A stretch of DNA of 64,000 nt from Escherichia phage vB_EcoM_VR25: the sequence record NC_028925.1. The stretch is one strand, 5' to 3'. The translations under genes were made by a program, and so were the position numbers. Positions 53,031 through 64,000 of this stretch are shown one piece after another. The stretch's first letter is position 1. Every line of letters starts with the position of its first letter. The notes beneath the pieces were generated by a model. It was not told the origin of the DNA, ran no database searches, and saw only the letters and a program-made list of their open reading frames with translations.

Positions 53031-53900
53031 ATGATTAATCAAACCCCAAAACTTTTAATAGATGTCGGCGAAATTGGTAACGCCAGCACCGGCGATATCT
53101 TATATGATGGTGGTCGTAAAATTAACGAAGATTTTGATAACGTCTACAATACCTTCGGTGACCAACGTCTTTATTCAATCGATAACGGTCAGAACTCCCA
53201 AGTCTTGCATGCTACTGGTTATTATCAAAAAGCAACAAACATAATCGAATGGAACACTCCTGTTGCACTCGGTTCTCTCCGTGACGTTGATACCTCCAAG
53301 GGTGTTGTTACTGCCAGGATTGCCCGCGGTAAAATGGGTGAAGGTATTATCTTCATTAACTCTAACGGGACTTTATCACCGACTCAATCTCTGGAAATCG
53401 AACTACAAGGCACAGATACTTTCGTTTCGGCTCCGACCAACAAAATTCGCTTCACCAGCCCTTACACAAAGATTACTCTTTGGTGTATCGATGATGCAAA
53501 CGGCGTCGGTACCTGGGATTATTCAATCGAAAATATGTTTGGTGTAAAACACATTCCTTTGGACCGAACTTATAATATTGGCCTGAACGCAAGAGATATT
53601 CCGATTGCATTGCGCGGTGATTTCAAAACAATGAAACTTTTGTTAACCGCTATATCTACTGATGAAACTAAATACAAAGCATCAGAGGTCATGCTCTTTG
53701 TAGACACTCAAGCTAACCAAGTGTATAGCACAGAATACGGTGTATTGCGTCGTGGTCACGTGAATGACGATGATGAGTTATATACCATTAACTTTAAAAT
53801 AGGCGCTGACAACTTCGTTACGGCGACCGTAAGCGCACCAGTCTCCATGAAGCTCGCCTTTAAGGTAGCCGAGACACAAACCATTGGGGTAGCAATCTAA
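53031..53900 (+). CDS. 9: Baseplate wedge tail-fibre connector gp9
   Basis: 289 aa (T4 gp9 288 aa), ATG start. Confidence 0.95.
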   Translation: MINQTPKLLIDVGEIGNASTGDILYDGGRKINEDFDNVYNTFGDQRLYSIDNGQNSQVLHATGYYQKATNIIEWNTPVALGSLRDVDTSKGVVTARIARGKMGEGIIFINSNGTLSPTQSLEIELQGTDTFVSAPTNKIRFTSPYTKITLWCIDDANGVGTWDYSIENMFGVKHIPLDRTYNIGLNARDIPIALRGDFKTMKLLLTAISTDETKYKASEVMLFVDTQANQVYSTEYGVLRRGHVNDDDELYTINFKIGADNFVTATVSAPVSMKLAFKVAETQTIGVAI

Positions 53901-55711
53901 TGAAACAAAATTTAAAAATAGGCGTGATGGTCGATGATGGCACCGGCGATTATCTTCGTCTCGGCGGCCAAAAAATTAATAATAACTTTGATGACCTTTA
54001 CTACCAGCTCGGTGATGGGGAAAATCCTCATGCTGCTGGCGCATGGAAAACATGGTCAGTAGCTGATGGTACAACCCTGGAAGCTGTTATGGGTCGTAGC
54101 TATGCAGTGAATACCTCAAATGGTATGATTACTGTTAAACTCCCTAAAGGAACTCCAGCCGAATATAATTACGTTATTCGTTTGCGTGATGTATTTGCAA
54201 CATGGCAAGTCTCCCCGGTGACGATTGTTCCGGCTGTCGGTGACACAATGAAAGGTTCTCCTGACCCTGTTATTATCCGTCGCAACCTGGCAGATATCGA
54301 ACTGGTTTATTGCTCTCCGGGTCGTTGGGAATATATTGACAACAAACAAATTGACAAGATTTCGAATAACGATGTAGCAACCGTTGAGACCCAGCAATTC
54401 ATTGCAACAGAAGGCCAAACGGACTTCCTGGATGTGTTTAATGGTCGTCCTTATAACATTGCTAGCCTCGAAGTTAAACATCGTGGTAACGACCTGTTTT
54501 ATGGTAAAGATGATATTTTCGACCCGGTTAATGCTGAATTCGGTTCCCCTGGGGCATCACCTGGTGAAATTGTAACCCTTGATGGTCGCAATATTCGTTT
54601 ACGTATGCCTTGTGCTGCCGGTGATACAGTCATTGTTAGAACATTCAACGATGGTATTGCCCAGTATCGTAGTTCTTATAACCGCCGTGATGTTCAAATT
54701 CGTGATTCGAAATTTACCCTTGAAACCCCGGTTGAAGGTTCTTTGGTTGTAGCTGATTTATCTACTAAACATCTTTTTATGGTTACTGAACTGGCGGTAT
54801 CTCCAAGCAGTCCGATTAACCCGAATGCATGCGAAGTTTATATCAACAGCATATTGCAGCACGAAGCCGGGACTGCAAACTATCCAGCTTATACATGCGA
54901 AGGTGCTGATGGTGAAACTGCAGAAGAGTGTACAGATAATGGTGGTCAATGGTCTAAATCAAAAGAAGACTATATAACAGCCTTTGATGAAGACAACCGT
55001 ATTGAATCTTTTGAGTTTGCTCGCACATTTGAAGATGGTGATATTCTGTCTATCGTTTGGTATAATAACGATATCGGCACCACAATGACTCTTGACGAAA
55101 TTACAGATGAAACAAATAACATCTATGTTTCCCAGGGTCCAGAAGTTTCAATCACCGGCGATATAAGAATTACGGATTACGATAATCCATTTGCTCCTAA
55201 CCTGGAACCGGTTGACCCGAGCGAAATTAAACCATCTGCTGTTTCGATTCTCTTTAATATGTTCCACCCAATTGGCACAATTTATGAGAATACGACTAAC
55301 CCAAATAACCCTGCAACATATATGGGTATGGGAACATGGAAGCGCCTTGAAGAGCGTGTTTTGATTGGTTGGTCTGCTGACCCTGCCTCGAACTTCCATA
55401 CGAACAATAACGACCTAGATTCTTCTGGTGTTCCACAGGCAACTGCAGGCGGAACTGGTGGTGATGTGCAGATTCATATTAAACCGGCCAATATTCCTAA
55501 AATTCAGACCGATGAAAAAGTATTGGTAGCTGATGCAACTGGCCCAATTATTGTTGGTGGTTGTCAGATTGACCCGGATGCGCAAGGTCCTGCTTATACA
55601 AACTATCGTGAAGACAAAGCAACCATTAACGAAGCTCTTGACCCACTGGCCCAGCCAATAGCTACGCTTCCTCCATATTTGATTGTTTACCGTTGGGTAA
55701 GGATTGCATAA
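53900..55711 (+). CDS. 10: Baseplate wedge subunit and tail pin gp10
   Basis: 603 aa (T4 gp10 602 aa); start overlaps the gp9 stop (TAATG). Confidence 0.95.
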   Translation: MKQNLKIGVMVDDGTGDYLRLGGQKINNNFDDLYYQLGDGENPHAAGAWKTWSVADGTTLEAVMGRSYAVNTSNGMITVKLPKGTPAEYNYVIRLRDVFATWQVSPVTIVPAVGDTMKGSPDPVIIRRNLADIELVYCSPGRWEYIDNKQIDKISNNDVATVETQQFIATEGQTDFLDVFNGRPYNIASLEVKHRGNDLFYGKDDIFDPVNAEFGSPGASPGEIVTLDGRNIRLRMPCAAGDTVIVRTFNDGIAQYRSSYNRRDVQIRDSKFTLETPVEGSLVVADLSTKHLFMVTELAVSPSSPINPNACEVYINSILQHEAGTANYPAYTCEGADGETAEECTDNGGQWSKSKEDYITAFDEDNRIESFEFARTFEDGDILSIVWYNNDIGTTMTLDEITDETNNIYVSQGPEVSITGDIRITDYDNPFAPNLEPVDPSEIKPSAVSILFNMFHPIGTIYENTTNPNNPATYMGMGTWKRLEERVLIGWSADPASNFHTNNNDLDSSGVPQATAGGTGGDVQIHIKPANIPKIQTDEKVLVADATGPIIVGGCQIDPDAQGPAYTNYREDKATINEALDPLAQPIATLPPYLIVYRWVRIA

Positions 55712-56376
55712 TGACTACGTTGACAAATAAAAAGGCGAGTGTAATATCTCGCCAGGCTGGTTACCTCCAGTTTGATTATACAACTACTGATTCCACTGCT
55801 GTAGCGGGTAACCGCTATATCGGTGGCCCGTCTGCTAACCAGACAAATGATGGTGTGTTCTATCCAACAGTCCAAAGTGCAATTGATGATATTGCATTTC
55901 GTGCAGAACTCCCTGTTGGTTCGATAATTACTCGTCATGAGAATACCGCCCCTGGATTTATTAGTCAGTCTGATAAAATTAAGTTCACTGGGTCTATTTC
56001 CGGTGAAACTCTTGGCGCAACCGTGCTTATTAAAGTATTCGGTTTCCCGGTAGAAGTTATTGTTGGTGACTCAAGCGTGCTGGTTGCATCGAAGGTCAAT
56101 GATGTTCTTTTGACTGCAATTTCACAAGGTCTTATTCTTGCGGAAACAGCAATTGATGCACTGGACCAGTCTATATTAAATATTACATATAACGACTATC
56201 AGAATCATATCTTTGAATCCAAATCCCAATATGGTTGCGTTATGGAACAAACTATTGTTCAACAACCACGTGCTGGGTATGGACAATGGGAATATCTTGG
56301 TGCACAAGATGTAACCTTGCAAGGTGGTTCGGTTAATGGTCCAACATCTCTTTACTACTATAAGCGAGTCTACTAA
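55711..56376 (+). CDS. 11: Baseplate wedge/short-tail-fibre attachment protein gp11
   Basis: ATG at 55711 overlapping the gp10 stop (TAATG); about 221 aa; track ORF starts at an upstream TTG. Confidence 0.9.
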   Translation: MTTLTNKKASVISRQAGYLQFDYTTTDSTAVAGNRYIGGPSANQTNDGVFYPTVQSAIDDIAFRAELPVGSIITRHENTAPGFISQSDKIKFTGSISGETLGATVLIKVFGFPVEVIVGDSSVLVASKVNDVLLTAISQGLILAETAIDALDQSILNITYNDYQNHIFESKSQYGCVMEQTIVQQPRAGYGQWEYLGAQDVTLQGGSVNGPTSLYYYKRVY

Positions 56377-57911
56377 TGACAACGACTAACACGCTAAAAC
56401 ATATTAGCGATAAATCCGAATATAAAACATTTGACCCGACGGGAACTTCATTTCCTCCGTCAGTAACAAATGTTCAGGAAGCATTGGGGGCTTTGGCTCC
56501 TATTGCTATTGATGGATTTATCCCAGAATCTACGGTTGCGGTACCAGGTATTATTCGCCTGGCGACTGAACAAGAAGTTATTGATGGCATAGGCAATAAC
56601 ACAGCAGTAACCCCCGAAACTCTTAAAGCTCGTTTGAATATTCCAACCCAGGCCACAGAGACTGTTGTCGGAATTACCCGTTACGCAACCAATGCAGAAG
56701 CTATTGATGGCACAGTAACCGATGCAGCTATTGTCCCATCAAGCCTTAAAGCTTCTATTGATAATACATTTAATACCCGCACTTCTACAGAAGACCGTAA
56801 TGGTGTAATTAAGATTTCGACCCAAGCCGCTGCTCTGGCAGGAACGGATGATACAACGGCCATGACTCCTTTGAAGGTTTCATTGGCCATCGGTGCAGCA
56901 ACTGCAGCTCTTCCAACTTATAGCACAGCAACAACCACTATACAAGGGATTGTTAAAATTGCAACCCCAGCCGAGGTTCAAGCTGGTGCAATGAATAACG
57001 GTGTGGCAGTTTCTCCACTTGGGCTTATTTCATTGACTGCAAATGCCTCCCGCAGAGGGTTGGTCCAATTGGCTTCCAGTGCTGAAGCAATTACAGGTAC
57101 GGATGCAACAAAAGCAATTACTCCACAAGCTCTTCAGGCAAAAACTGGTAATACCGGGCGACTTGGCATTGTCAAACTGACAACTACCGTTGGTTCAGGG
57201 GATGGTAACACTGCTCTTGCATATAATGCAAACGTAATTTCAACCACTGGCGGTACAATTAATGGAACTCTTAACGTTAATGGAACTTTACGCAGAAATG
57301 GTCAGGATGTTGTAACCCGTAACGAACTAAAAGATAGTGTGCCAATCGGAACTATTATTATGTGGGGCGGTCAAACTGGTAATATTCCTTCTGGTTGGGA
57401 AATTTGTGACGGCGGTAATGTCGGTGATGCTGGTTTCCGAAATGTCGTTGGTAGTAAATGGGGCGCAACTGGTAATAAGCCAGATTTTCGTGGATTGTTT
57501 CCCCGTGGTTCCAACAGCTCTAACGATGGTGCTATGAAGGAATGGGAAACAAACATTAATATAAGAAACGCCAAGGGAAATGATTCCAAACAAAAACCTA
57601 AATTGGGCCAAGGTGTTGGTTCATATGGTCACGGTACAGTACAGGCACAACAACTCCGTTTCCACAAGCACGCCGGTGGTTTTGGTGAACATGATAATTC
57701 GGGTGCATTTGGTAACACAGTTCGTTCAAACTATGCAGGCACCCGTAAAGGTTTGGACTGGGATAACCGTTCTTATTTTACGAACGAAGGTTATGAAATC
57801 GATGGCGCTGGTAGCCGTGATTCTCGAACTACATTAAACAGCGAAGGTCTGATAGGTAATGAAAGCCGCCCATGGTCCATGTCCATTCTTTTTATTATTA
57901 AGGTCAGATAA
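56376..57911 (+). CDS. 12: Short tail fibre protein gp12
   Basis: 511 aa, ATG start; C-terminal ...FHKHAGGFGEHDNSGAFGNT...RSYFTNEGYEID... matches the T4 gp12 receptor-binding region. Confidence 0.95.
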   Translation: MTTTNTLKHISDKSEYKTFDPTGTSFPPSVTNVQEALGALAPIAIDGFIPESTVAVPGIIRLATEQEVIDGIGNNTAVTPETLKARLNIPTQATETVVGITRYATNAEAIDGTVTDAAIVPSSLKASIDNTFNTRTSTEDRNGVIKISTQAAALAGTDDTTAMTPLKVSLAIGAATAALPTYSTATTTIQGIVKIATPAEVQAGAMNNGVAVSPLGLISLTANASRRGLVQLASSAEAITGTDATKAITPQALQAKTGNTGRLGIVKLTTTVGSGDGNTALAYNANVISTTGGTINGTLNVNGTLRRNGQDVVTRNELKDSVPIGTIIMWGGQTGNIPSGWEICDGGNVGDAGFRNVVGSKWGATGNKPDFRGLFPRGSNSSNDGAMKEWETNINIRNAKGNDSKQKPKLGQGVGSYGHGTVQAQQLRFHKHAGGFGEHDNSGAFGNTVRSNYAGTRKGLDWDNRSYFTNEGYEIDGAGSRDSRTTLNSEGLIGNESRPWSMSILFIIKVR

Positions 57912-57920
57912 GGAATAAAA

Positions 57921-59507
57921 ATGATTAACAAATTAGAATTAGCGAATCTTCCGTTTGTCGATGGTGTACCAGAAGCTGACCAGAAACGAATTGAATGGAT
58001 TCGCAACGGTGATTGCTTAACTGCAGCCACTACCAAATACGGGCACGATGGTGCCCTTAATGCTGCAGCTTTGGGTGTGCAGACCAACGTTGAAACTCTG
58101 GAAAAGAATGACACGACCACTAAAGACAAAGTAAACGAAATTGTCGATAGCGTTAACCAGATTAAAGAAGCTCTGGATATTTCTACAGATGCAAGCGTTA
58201 TTCAACAGATTGAAACCAACCGTATTAATATTGTAAGCCTCCAGACAGGATTAGCTGAAACTGATATTGCTTTACTTGATACCAGTACAAATCTCGGTGA
58301 ATTACAGGAAGATGTTGGTTATTATAACCCACTGGAAGATGGACCATATTTGACCGTGCGCGCCAATATTAATCGTATTAAGCGCGAAATGGGCCATTAT
58401 GCGAACCAAGATATCAACGGTGACCCATTGCCTGAAGGTGAAACCAATGATGCCACCGGGATGAAACGTATTATCATCGATAACAGTACGGCAATTGCAA
58501 CCACGCAACGTCGTCTTACTATTCTCGAAGATAATTATAATGATTCGGATGTTGGTGGCCTCACGATTAAATTAAATGAGATGCGCGAAGAACTTGGTCC
58601 TCGCACTGAAGGTATTGGTAAATCTCCTGTTTATACTCGTTTGACTGCAGTCGAAGCTAAAGCGGAAACTAATGAAACTGATGTAAGCAATATCAAAGCC
58701 GCAATTGGTTTTGACCAAGGACAAAGTATTGCAAACCGTGTTGGGACTCTGGAAACCAAGGCAACAAATTTAGAAAATACCACATCTGGTATGAATACAA
58801 GATTGTCAACGGTTGAAACTGATATTGGCACTGATGCCGAACCTACTTCAATTAATGGTCGTCTAAAAACGTTGCGTGACGATATGACAGGTGTTCGTGT
58901 TGTTATCGGGGAAAATACAAGCAGTGGTTTGCAAGGACAAGTTGTTGCCCTTAACGTTGCAGTAGGTATTAGCGATAGCCCGGCGCCAACTTCCTTGATT
59001 CCGCGTATGCGTGAAGTCGAAACTTCTAGTCGCGCAAATACCGCGGCTATTCAGGATATTCAGGCTGAAATTGGTAACAATCAGTCAGGCATCAAAGGTT
59101 CTATCCTGACGATTAAATCACAAATCGACGGGACTAACCCAAACGGTTCTACGGTTGCTGAAAAAGGTATTCTTCCGACTGTTGAAACTCTTAACAACGA
59201 AATGCCTACCAAAATTAGTGATGCTCCATCTGATACGAAGATATATGGTCGCCGTGATGCAGCATGGGTAGAAATCGCTACAGGCGGTGATGTATCTGCT
59301 CTGACATTGCGTGTGGATGGTATCGAAACGCGCACCGGTGAAGCCGAGACGAAGATAACTGAACTAGAAGGTAAAGTATCAGCCCTAGAAACAGAGCTCT
59401 CCAAAAGGCCTCCTGTCGCCCCTGCGGCTGATGGTCTTCCTTATGTACTTGTTGATAATGCATGGGTTCTTTTGTCTACATTCGTGACATTAAATCCAGC
59501 GCCATAA
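57921..59507 (+). CDS. wac: Fibritin (whisker antigen control) Wac
   Basis: 528 aa coiled-coil protein, ATG start; C-terminal foldon-like ...GLPYVLVDNAWVLLSTFV. Confidence 0.92.
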   Translation: MINKLELANLPFVDGVPEADQKRIEWIRNGDCLTAATTKYGHDGALNAAALGVQTNVETLEKNDTTTKDKVNEIVDSVNQIKEALDISTDASVIQQIETNRINIVSLQTGLAETDIALLDTSTNLGELQEDVGYYNPLEDGPYLTVRANINRIKREMGHYANQDINGDPLPEGETNDATGMKRIIIDNSTAIATTQRRLTILEDNYNDSDVGGLTIKLNEMREELGPRTEGIGKSPVYTRLTAVEAKAETNETDVSNIKAAIGFDQGQSIANRVGTLETKATNLENTTSGMNTRLSTVETDIGTDAEPTSINGRLKTLRDDMTGVRVVIGENTSSGLQGQVVALNVAVGISDSPAPTSLIPRMREVETSSRANTAAIQDIQAEIGNNQSGIKGSILTIKSQIDGTNPNGSTVAEKGILPTVETLNNEMPTKISDAPSDTKIYGRRDAAWVEIATGGDVSALTLRVDGIETRTGEAETKITELEGKVSALETELSKRPPVAPAADGLPYVLVDNAWVLLSTFVTLNPAP

Positions 59508-59513
59508 CAAAAA

Positions 59514-59531
59514 GGGCTTCGGCCCTTTTTT
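59514..59531 (+). terminator. Rho-independent terminator after wac
   Basis: GGGC-TTCG-GCCC hairpin followed by T6. Confidence 0.75.
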
Positions 59532-59533
59532 CG

Positions 59534-59541
59534 TATAAATA
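59534..59541 (+). promoter_or_regulatory. Late promoter (TATAAATA) for gene 13
   Basis: Exact TATAAATA about 19 nt upstream of the gene 13 ATG, followed by AAGAGGAAAA SD. Confidence 0.75.
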
Positions 59542-59559
59542 CAGTAAAGAGGAAAACAT

Positions 59560-60498
59560 ATGGCAACTGAATCATACAACCCGAAACAATTAAAAGATGC
59601 AATCCTTCGTCGTCTTGGTGCACCAATCACGAATATCGAAGTTACGACCGAACAGGTTTATGATTGTATCCAGCGTGCATTAGAATTATATGGCGAATAT
59701 CATTATAATGGTTACAACAAAGGCTATCAGGCTTTTTATATTGGTCATGATGAAGTTTCACAACAGAAATTCCGTGATGGTGTTTTCGATTTAAAAGGTC
59801 GTAATATTTTTGCAGTAACACAAATTATTCGTACTAACGTCGGTTCATTAACTTCAATGGATGGCCAGGCAACATATCCATGGTTTACAGATTTCGTTCT
59901 GGGACTTGCCGGGATTAACGGTGGGATGGGTAGCTCGTGTAATAGCTTTGGGCCAAATGCCTTTGGTGCAGACCTTGGTTATTTTACACAGCTTATGCAA
60001 TATCGTTCGATGATGCAAGACCTGATGGTTCCACTGCCAGATTACTGGTATAATGACGATACTGAACAACTTAAAATTATGGGCAACTTCCGCCAGGGAG
60101 ATGTGATTGTAATTGAAGTTTACACCAAATCCTTTAATGGCGTTGATGCAATGGCCAGCAATACGGCAGGTTATGGTTATGCTTCTGGTGATTGTTCAAA
60201 TCCATGGAACACTGGTGCGCAGTGGGATAACCCTGCACGCAGAATAAGCGGCATGAGAGCTGGTGAGGACCTTGGACTTCAAGATGGCGCATACAACAAC
60301 CGTTGGGTGAAAGACTATGCCACGGCGCTTGTTAAGGAAGTTAACGGCAACGTATTGGCAAAGCACCAGGGAATGATGATGCCAGGTGGAGTTACGGTTG
60401 ATGGTGTTCGTTTAATTGAAGAAGCTCGTATGGAAAAAGAACGTCTCCGCGAAGAACTTGACCTGCTGGATGCACCGACTCCTATATTGGTGGGCTAA
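59560..60498 (+). CDS. 13: Neck protein gp13
   Basis: 312 aa (T4 gp13 309 aa), ATG start. Confidence 0.95.
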   Translation: MATESYNPKQLKDAILRRLGAPITNIEVTTEQVYDCIQRALELYGEYHYNGYNKGYQAFYIGHDEVSQQKFRDGVFDLKGRNIFAVTQIIRTNVGSLTSMDGQATYPWFTDFVLGLAGINGGMGSSCNSFGPNAFGADLGYFTQLMQYRSMMQDLMVPLPDYWYNDDTEQLKIMGNFRQGDVIVIEVYTKSFNGVDAMASNTAGYGYASGDCSNPWNTGAQWDNPARRISGMRAGEDLGLQDGAYNNRWVKDYATALVKEVNGNVLAKHQGMMMPGGVTVDGVRLIEEARMEKERLREELDLLDAPTPILVG

Positions 60499-61283
60499 TG
60501 ACTACATACGACGCAAGATTATTCGCCCGGCTCGAAGACGGGACCGGGTATGACAATACCAATGCTACAGAGATATTGAACCCTTATGTAAACTTTATGC
60601 ATCATGAAAATACCCAGACTTTAGCCGATGCTATTGTTGCTGAAAGTATTCAGATGCGCGGGATGTCTCTCTATTACATCCCAAGACAATTCGTTAAACC
60701 AGATTTGTTATTCGGTGAAGACCTCCAGAGTAAATTTGATAAAGCATGGAAATTTGCTGGTTATCTGGATACGTTCGATGCTTATCAGGGTGATGGTTCC
60801 ATCTTCAGTAAATTTGGTATGACTGTGAATGATGAAATCACAGTGTCGATTAACCCTAATCTGTTTAAACATCAATGCAACGGCACCGAACCTATTGCAG
60901 GGGATTTGATTTATTTCCCTCTTGATAACAGTCTGTTCGAAATAACCTGGGTGCAACCTTATGACCCGTTCTATCAGGTAGGTCAAAACGCCATCCGTAA
61001 AATCACCGCGAGCAAATACATTTACTCCGGAGAAGAGCTTAAACCTGAATTGCAACGAAATGAAGGTATTAATATTCCAGAATTCAGTGAGCTCGATTTG
61101 CAACCAATCCACAATATCGATGGCCTTACAGATATCAGTGATATCCCTTATGCTGAATCCGATGAGATTAACGCAGAAGCAGCTGAATATGTTAAACCAT
61201 ATTTTGTGCAGAATGGCCGTGGACTTGAGTCACCGCCTAAGGCAAAACAGGATAGCTTTGACGATAGTTTCTTTGATGAATAA
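60498..61283 (+). CDS. 14: Neck protein gp14
   Basis: 261 aa (T4 gp14 256 aa); start overlaps the gp13 stop. Confidence 0.95.
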   Translation: MTTYDARLFARLEDGTGYDNTNATEILNPYVNFMHHENTQTLADAIVAESIQMRGMSLYYIPRQFVKPDLLFGEDLQSKFDKAWKFAGYLDTFDAYQGDGSIFSKFGMTVNDEITVSINPNLFKHQCNGTEPIAGDLIYFPLDNSLFEITWVQPYDPFYQVGQNAIRKITASKYIYSGEELKPELQRNEGINIPEFSELDLQPIHNIDGLTDISDIPYAESDEINAEAAEYVKPYFVQNGRGLESPPKAKQDSFDDSFFDE

Positions 61284-61297
61284 ATACATTTATTAAT

Positions 61298-61314
61298 GCG
61301 CCCGAACTGGGCGC
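61298..61314 (+). promoter_or_regulatory. GC hairpin immediately upstream of the gene 15 SD
   Basis: GCGCCC-GAACT-GGGCGC hairpin followed by CTGGAGG SD and a TTG start; no U-run, so not a typical terminator. Confidence 0.4.
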
Positions 61315-61326
61315 CTGGAGGTTACT

Positions 61327-62198
61327 TTGTTTGGGCATTTTTATAATTCGTCTCTGCGTCGCTATATCGTTTTAATGGGCGATTTATTTTCCCATGTACA
61401 AGTGGCCAGAACCAGAGAAGACACTGGACTTAAATATATTAAGGTCCCTATTTCCTATGCATCAAAAGAAAAATTCATGATGCAGCTTGGAAAATGGACC
61501 GCAATTCAGAATACACCGACTCCTGACATGTCACCACAAGAACGTGCTGCTCAGAAGGCTAAAATCGAGACCGTACTGCCCCGTATGAACTTACATCTTG
61601 TTGACTTGATGTATAACGGGCAATATAAAACGGCTCTCCAGAATCACACACAGGCGCGATTTGCTAATAACGACCCTCGCAAGCAGATATCTCAATATTC
61701 TCCGGTGCCGGTCAAAATGATTTTTGAGCTTGGAATATATACAAGGCATCAAGATGATATGTTCCAGATTATCGAACAAATCATGCCTTACTTCCAGCCA
61801 CATTTTAATACAACTATCACCGAACTTTACACGAATGAAATTACATTCGAACGTGATATACGAATCGTGCTTCAGTCCATTGCTATGGATGAGCAAATTG
61901 AAGGTGATGCAATGACTCGTCGTAGACTCGAATGGTCCATTATGTTCGAAGTCAACGGTTGGTTATATCCACCGGTTAAAGAAGTGGCCGGAGAAATCCG
62001 TACTATCTATCTTGACTTCTTTGCAAATTCCAGAGAGCTTGCGCCGGAAGGTAATTTCGAATCTGTTGACTCGGAAGCCGTTCCGCGAGATGTCGACCAA
62101 GAAGACTGGCAAGGTGAATCCGTTCAAACATACTCGCAGGATATTCCTGTACCGGTTGACCCAGCGCCTCCAGCACCAAGAAAAAATAGGGTACCATT

Positions 62199-62202
<4 letters not shown>
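61327..62202 (+). CDS. 15: Tail sheath stabiliser/tail terminator gp15
   Basis: 291 aa; N-terminus [13 protein letters not shown] matches T4 gp15 MFGYFYNSS; start codon appears to be TTG, 7 nt after GGAGG. Confidence 0.9.

Positions 62203-64000
<1,798 letters not shown>

Overview
This window is a T4-like (Tevenvirinae) myovirus genome segment in the T4 standard orientation. Gene products match T4 closely but are not identical, so it is a relative, not T4 itself. From 1 to 43.7 kb the minus strand carries early and middle genes in T4 order: 46 (partial), 47, 55, nrdH-like, nrdG, nrdD, 49, nrdC, tk, regB, denV, e, nudE, a reduced tRNA cluster, the 57B/Acb1 homologue, 57A, 1, 3, 2 and 4. From 43.7 kb to the window end the plus strand carries late genes 53, 5, 5.4, 6-12, wac, 13-16 and the start of 17. 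Between the conserved genes lie hyperplastic blocks of small ORFs, many preceded by a repeated early-promoter and leader cassette. The most unusual content is in 28.2-36.6 kb (T4 e.2-e.8 position, greatly expanded) and 16.1-18.4 kb. It includes a tandem family of five small acidic proteins ending in W-x-SSS-x-x-Cys, membrane proteins sharing a C-terminal FI(K/E)EC motif, a PspA-like protein, a possible 2OG-Fe(II) oxygenase, two nucleotidyltransferase-motif proteins (one beside a polytopic membrane protein), a macro-domain protein, secreted early proteins, and two arrays of capsid-targeted internal proteins. The alpha-glucosyltransferase gene is absent between 47 and 55, nrdD has no intron, and an HNH endonuclease sits between genes 3 and 2. 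All calls rest on reading the sequence and ORF track by eye against remembered T4 proteins and motifs; no searches were run. Many track ORFs begin with TTG or GTG, so starts of hypothetical ORFs are approximate, and coordinates of features I derived by hand (hairpins, promoters, tRNAs, sub-60-aa ORFs) may be off by a base or two.
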